The notes under the pieces: generated by a model | What the model was told of the DNA's origin: nothing | What the model saw: only the letters and a program-made list of their open reading frames with translations | Database searches by the model: none | DNA from: Bacillota bacterium | GTDB taxonomy: Bacteria; Bacillota; Sulfobacillia; JAMCWA01 | DNA length: 64,000 bases | Direction of reading: 5' to 3' | Assembly: GCA_023475165.1 (NCBI GenBank) | Contig: JAMCWA010000088.1 | Span: 2,298-66,297 of the forward strand | Part shown: positions 63,447-64,000 of the stretch, one piece after another | Numbering within the stretch: the first letter of the stretch is position 1 | Layout: every line of letters begins with the position of its first letter | Position numbers and translations under genes: made by a program

Positions 63447-64000
63447 GGAAAGAGCGAATCCACTGTTGACATACGGGGATTTCCAGCAAGGCCAAGAAAA
63501 GGCCCTGGATGGATGTAAGCGTAAAATAGTCCCCACCTTTCAAATGGGCGGGGACTGTGTTAGGGTCTTATTTAGCGACGCGGCAGAATGGTTATGCTTG
63601 TGAGACCATAGATCGTTATAGTGGGCAGCTACGGACTGGGGCGGCCTTTGCCACCTGTGCCGGTTGGCGGGCTGCTGCGATCTGGGAGGCCTTGGAACGG
63701 CCGGGCAGGGAATGACAGATGCCAGCAAAGGCCCTGGGCCGGAGTGGAATGGCCCAGGGCCTCACCGTCTGCGAGGACAGATTCCATGGCCGCTCCCGCT
63801 GGTCATCCAGGTTAAGCCCTGGGGCACGGTTGCGGCAGGCCAGGGAAGGCCTATCTGATGGTTGTTGGTGAAGGCCTCGTGATGACCGGACGCGCGATCA
63901 GGCCCCACTCTAGAGTATCTACTCCTCTTTTATTTTGCTGACCCAACTCGCGTCAACGCCAACCTCTGCGCGTGAACTCAGGGCGTCGCAGCGATGATCT

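Overview
High-GC (~58%) chromosomal window that looks like it comes from a spore-forming, strictly anaerobic Firmicute (ytfI/ytfJ sporulation pair, tungsten-type aldehyde:ferredoxin oxidoreductase, nitrogenase-cofactor-like NifX/MinD-ferredoxin genes, many GTG/TTG starts). About 90% of the window is coding. In order along the window: (1) a blaI/blaR1-type antirepressor pair with TACA..TGTA operators, an ABC-2 exporter, a PepT-like M20 peptidase and a TPR protein; (2) a cobalamin riboswitch with an intrinsic terminator, followed by a ~13 kb operon: ChlD-like and ChlI-like chelatase subunits, a BtuFCD-type ABC importer, CobN, a radical-SAM/SPASM enzyme and an ABC-2 exporter. This block is bracketed by a ~30-bp direct repeat; (3) an anaerobe Fe-S/metallocofactor module (DUF5320, MBL-fold hydrolase, DUF59, two MinD-ferredoxin ATPases, NifX-like protein); (4) a split ChrB (N- and C-domain genes) in front of a heterodimeric ABC exporter, behind a near-consensus promoter with palindromic operators; (5) an IS607-like element carrying a frameshifted serine-recombinase tnpA and a large TnpB-like protein whose RuvC-III/Zn-finger region appears degenerate; (6) a small Cys-rich ORF with a tandem-duplicated 3' end, then a MenA-family prenyltransferase, a CPBP (CAAX-protease family) protein and an AtoE transporter; (7) sporulation ytfI/ytfJ and an ECF sigma/anti-sigma pair; (8) a lipid-looking cluster: AGPS-like FAD oxidase (WNGWG...HHHGVG), FAD glycerol-3-phosphate dehydrogenase, Fe-alcohol dehydrogenase, SCP2 carrier and an 800-aa tungsten AOR; (9) a rearrangement scar: a degraded IS66 next to a 519-bp duplicate of the AOR 3' end; (10) an M24 peptidase and an opp-like ABC importer that lacks ATPase genes. 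There are several two-copy 70-75-bp-period duplications, a few of which resemble minimal repeat-spacer-repeat units. No tRNA, rRNA, cas genes or convincing CRISPR array were seen.
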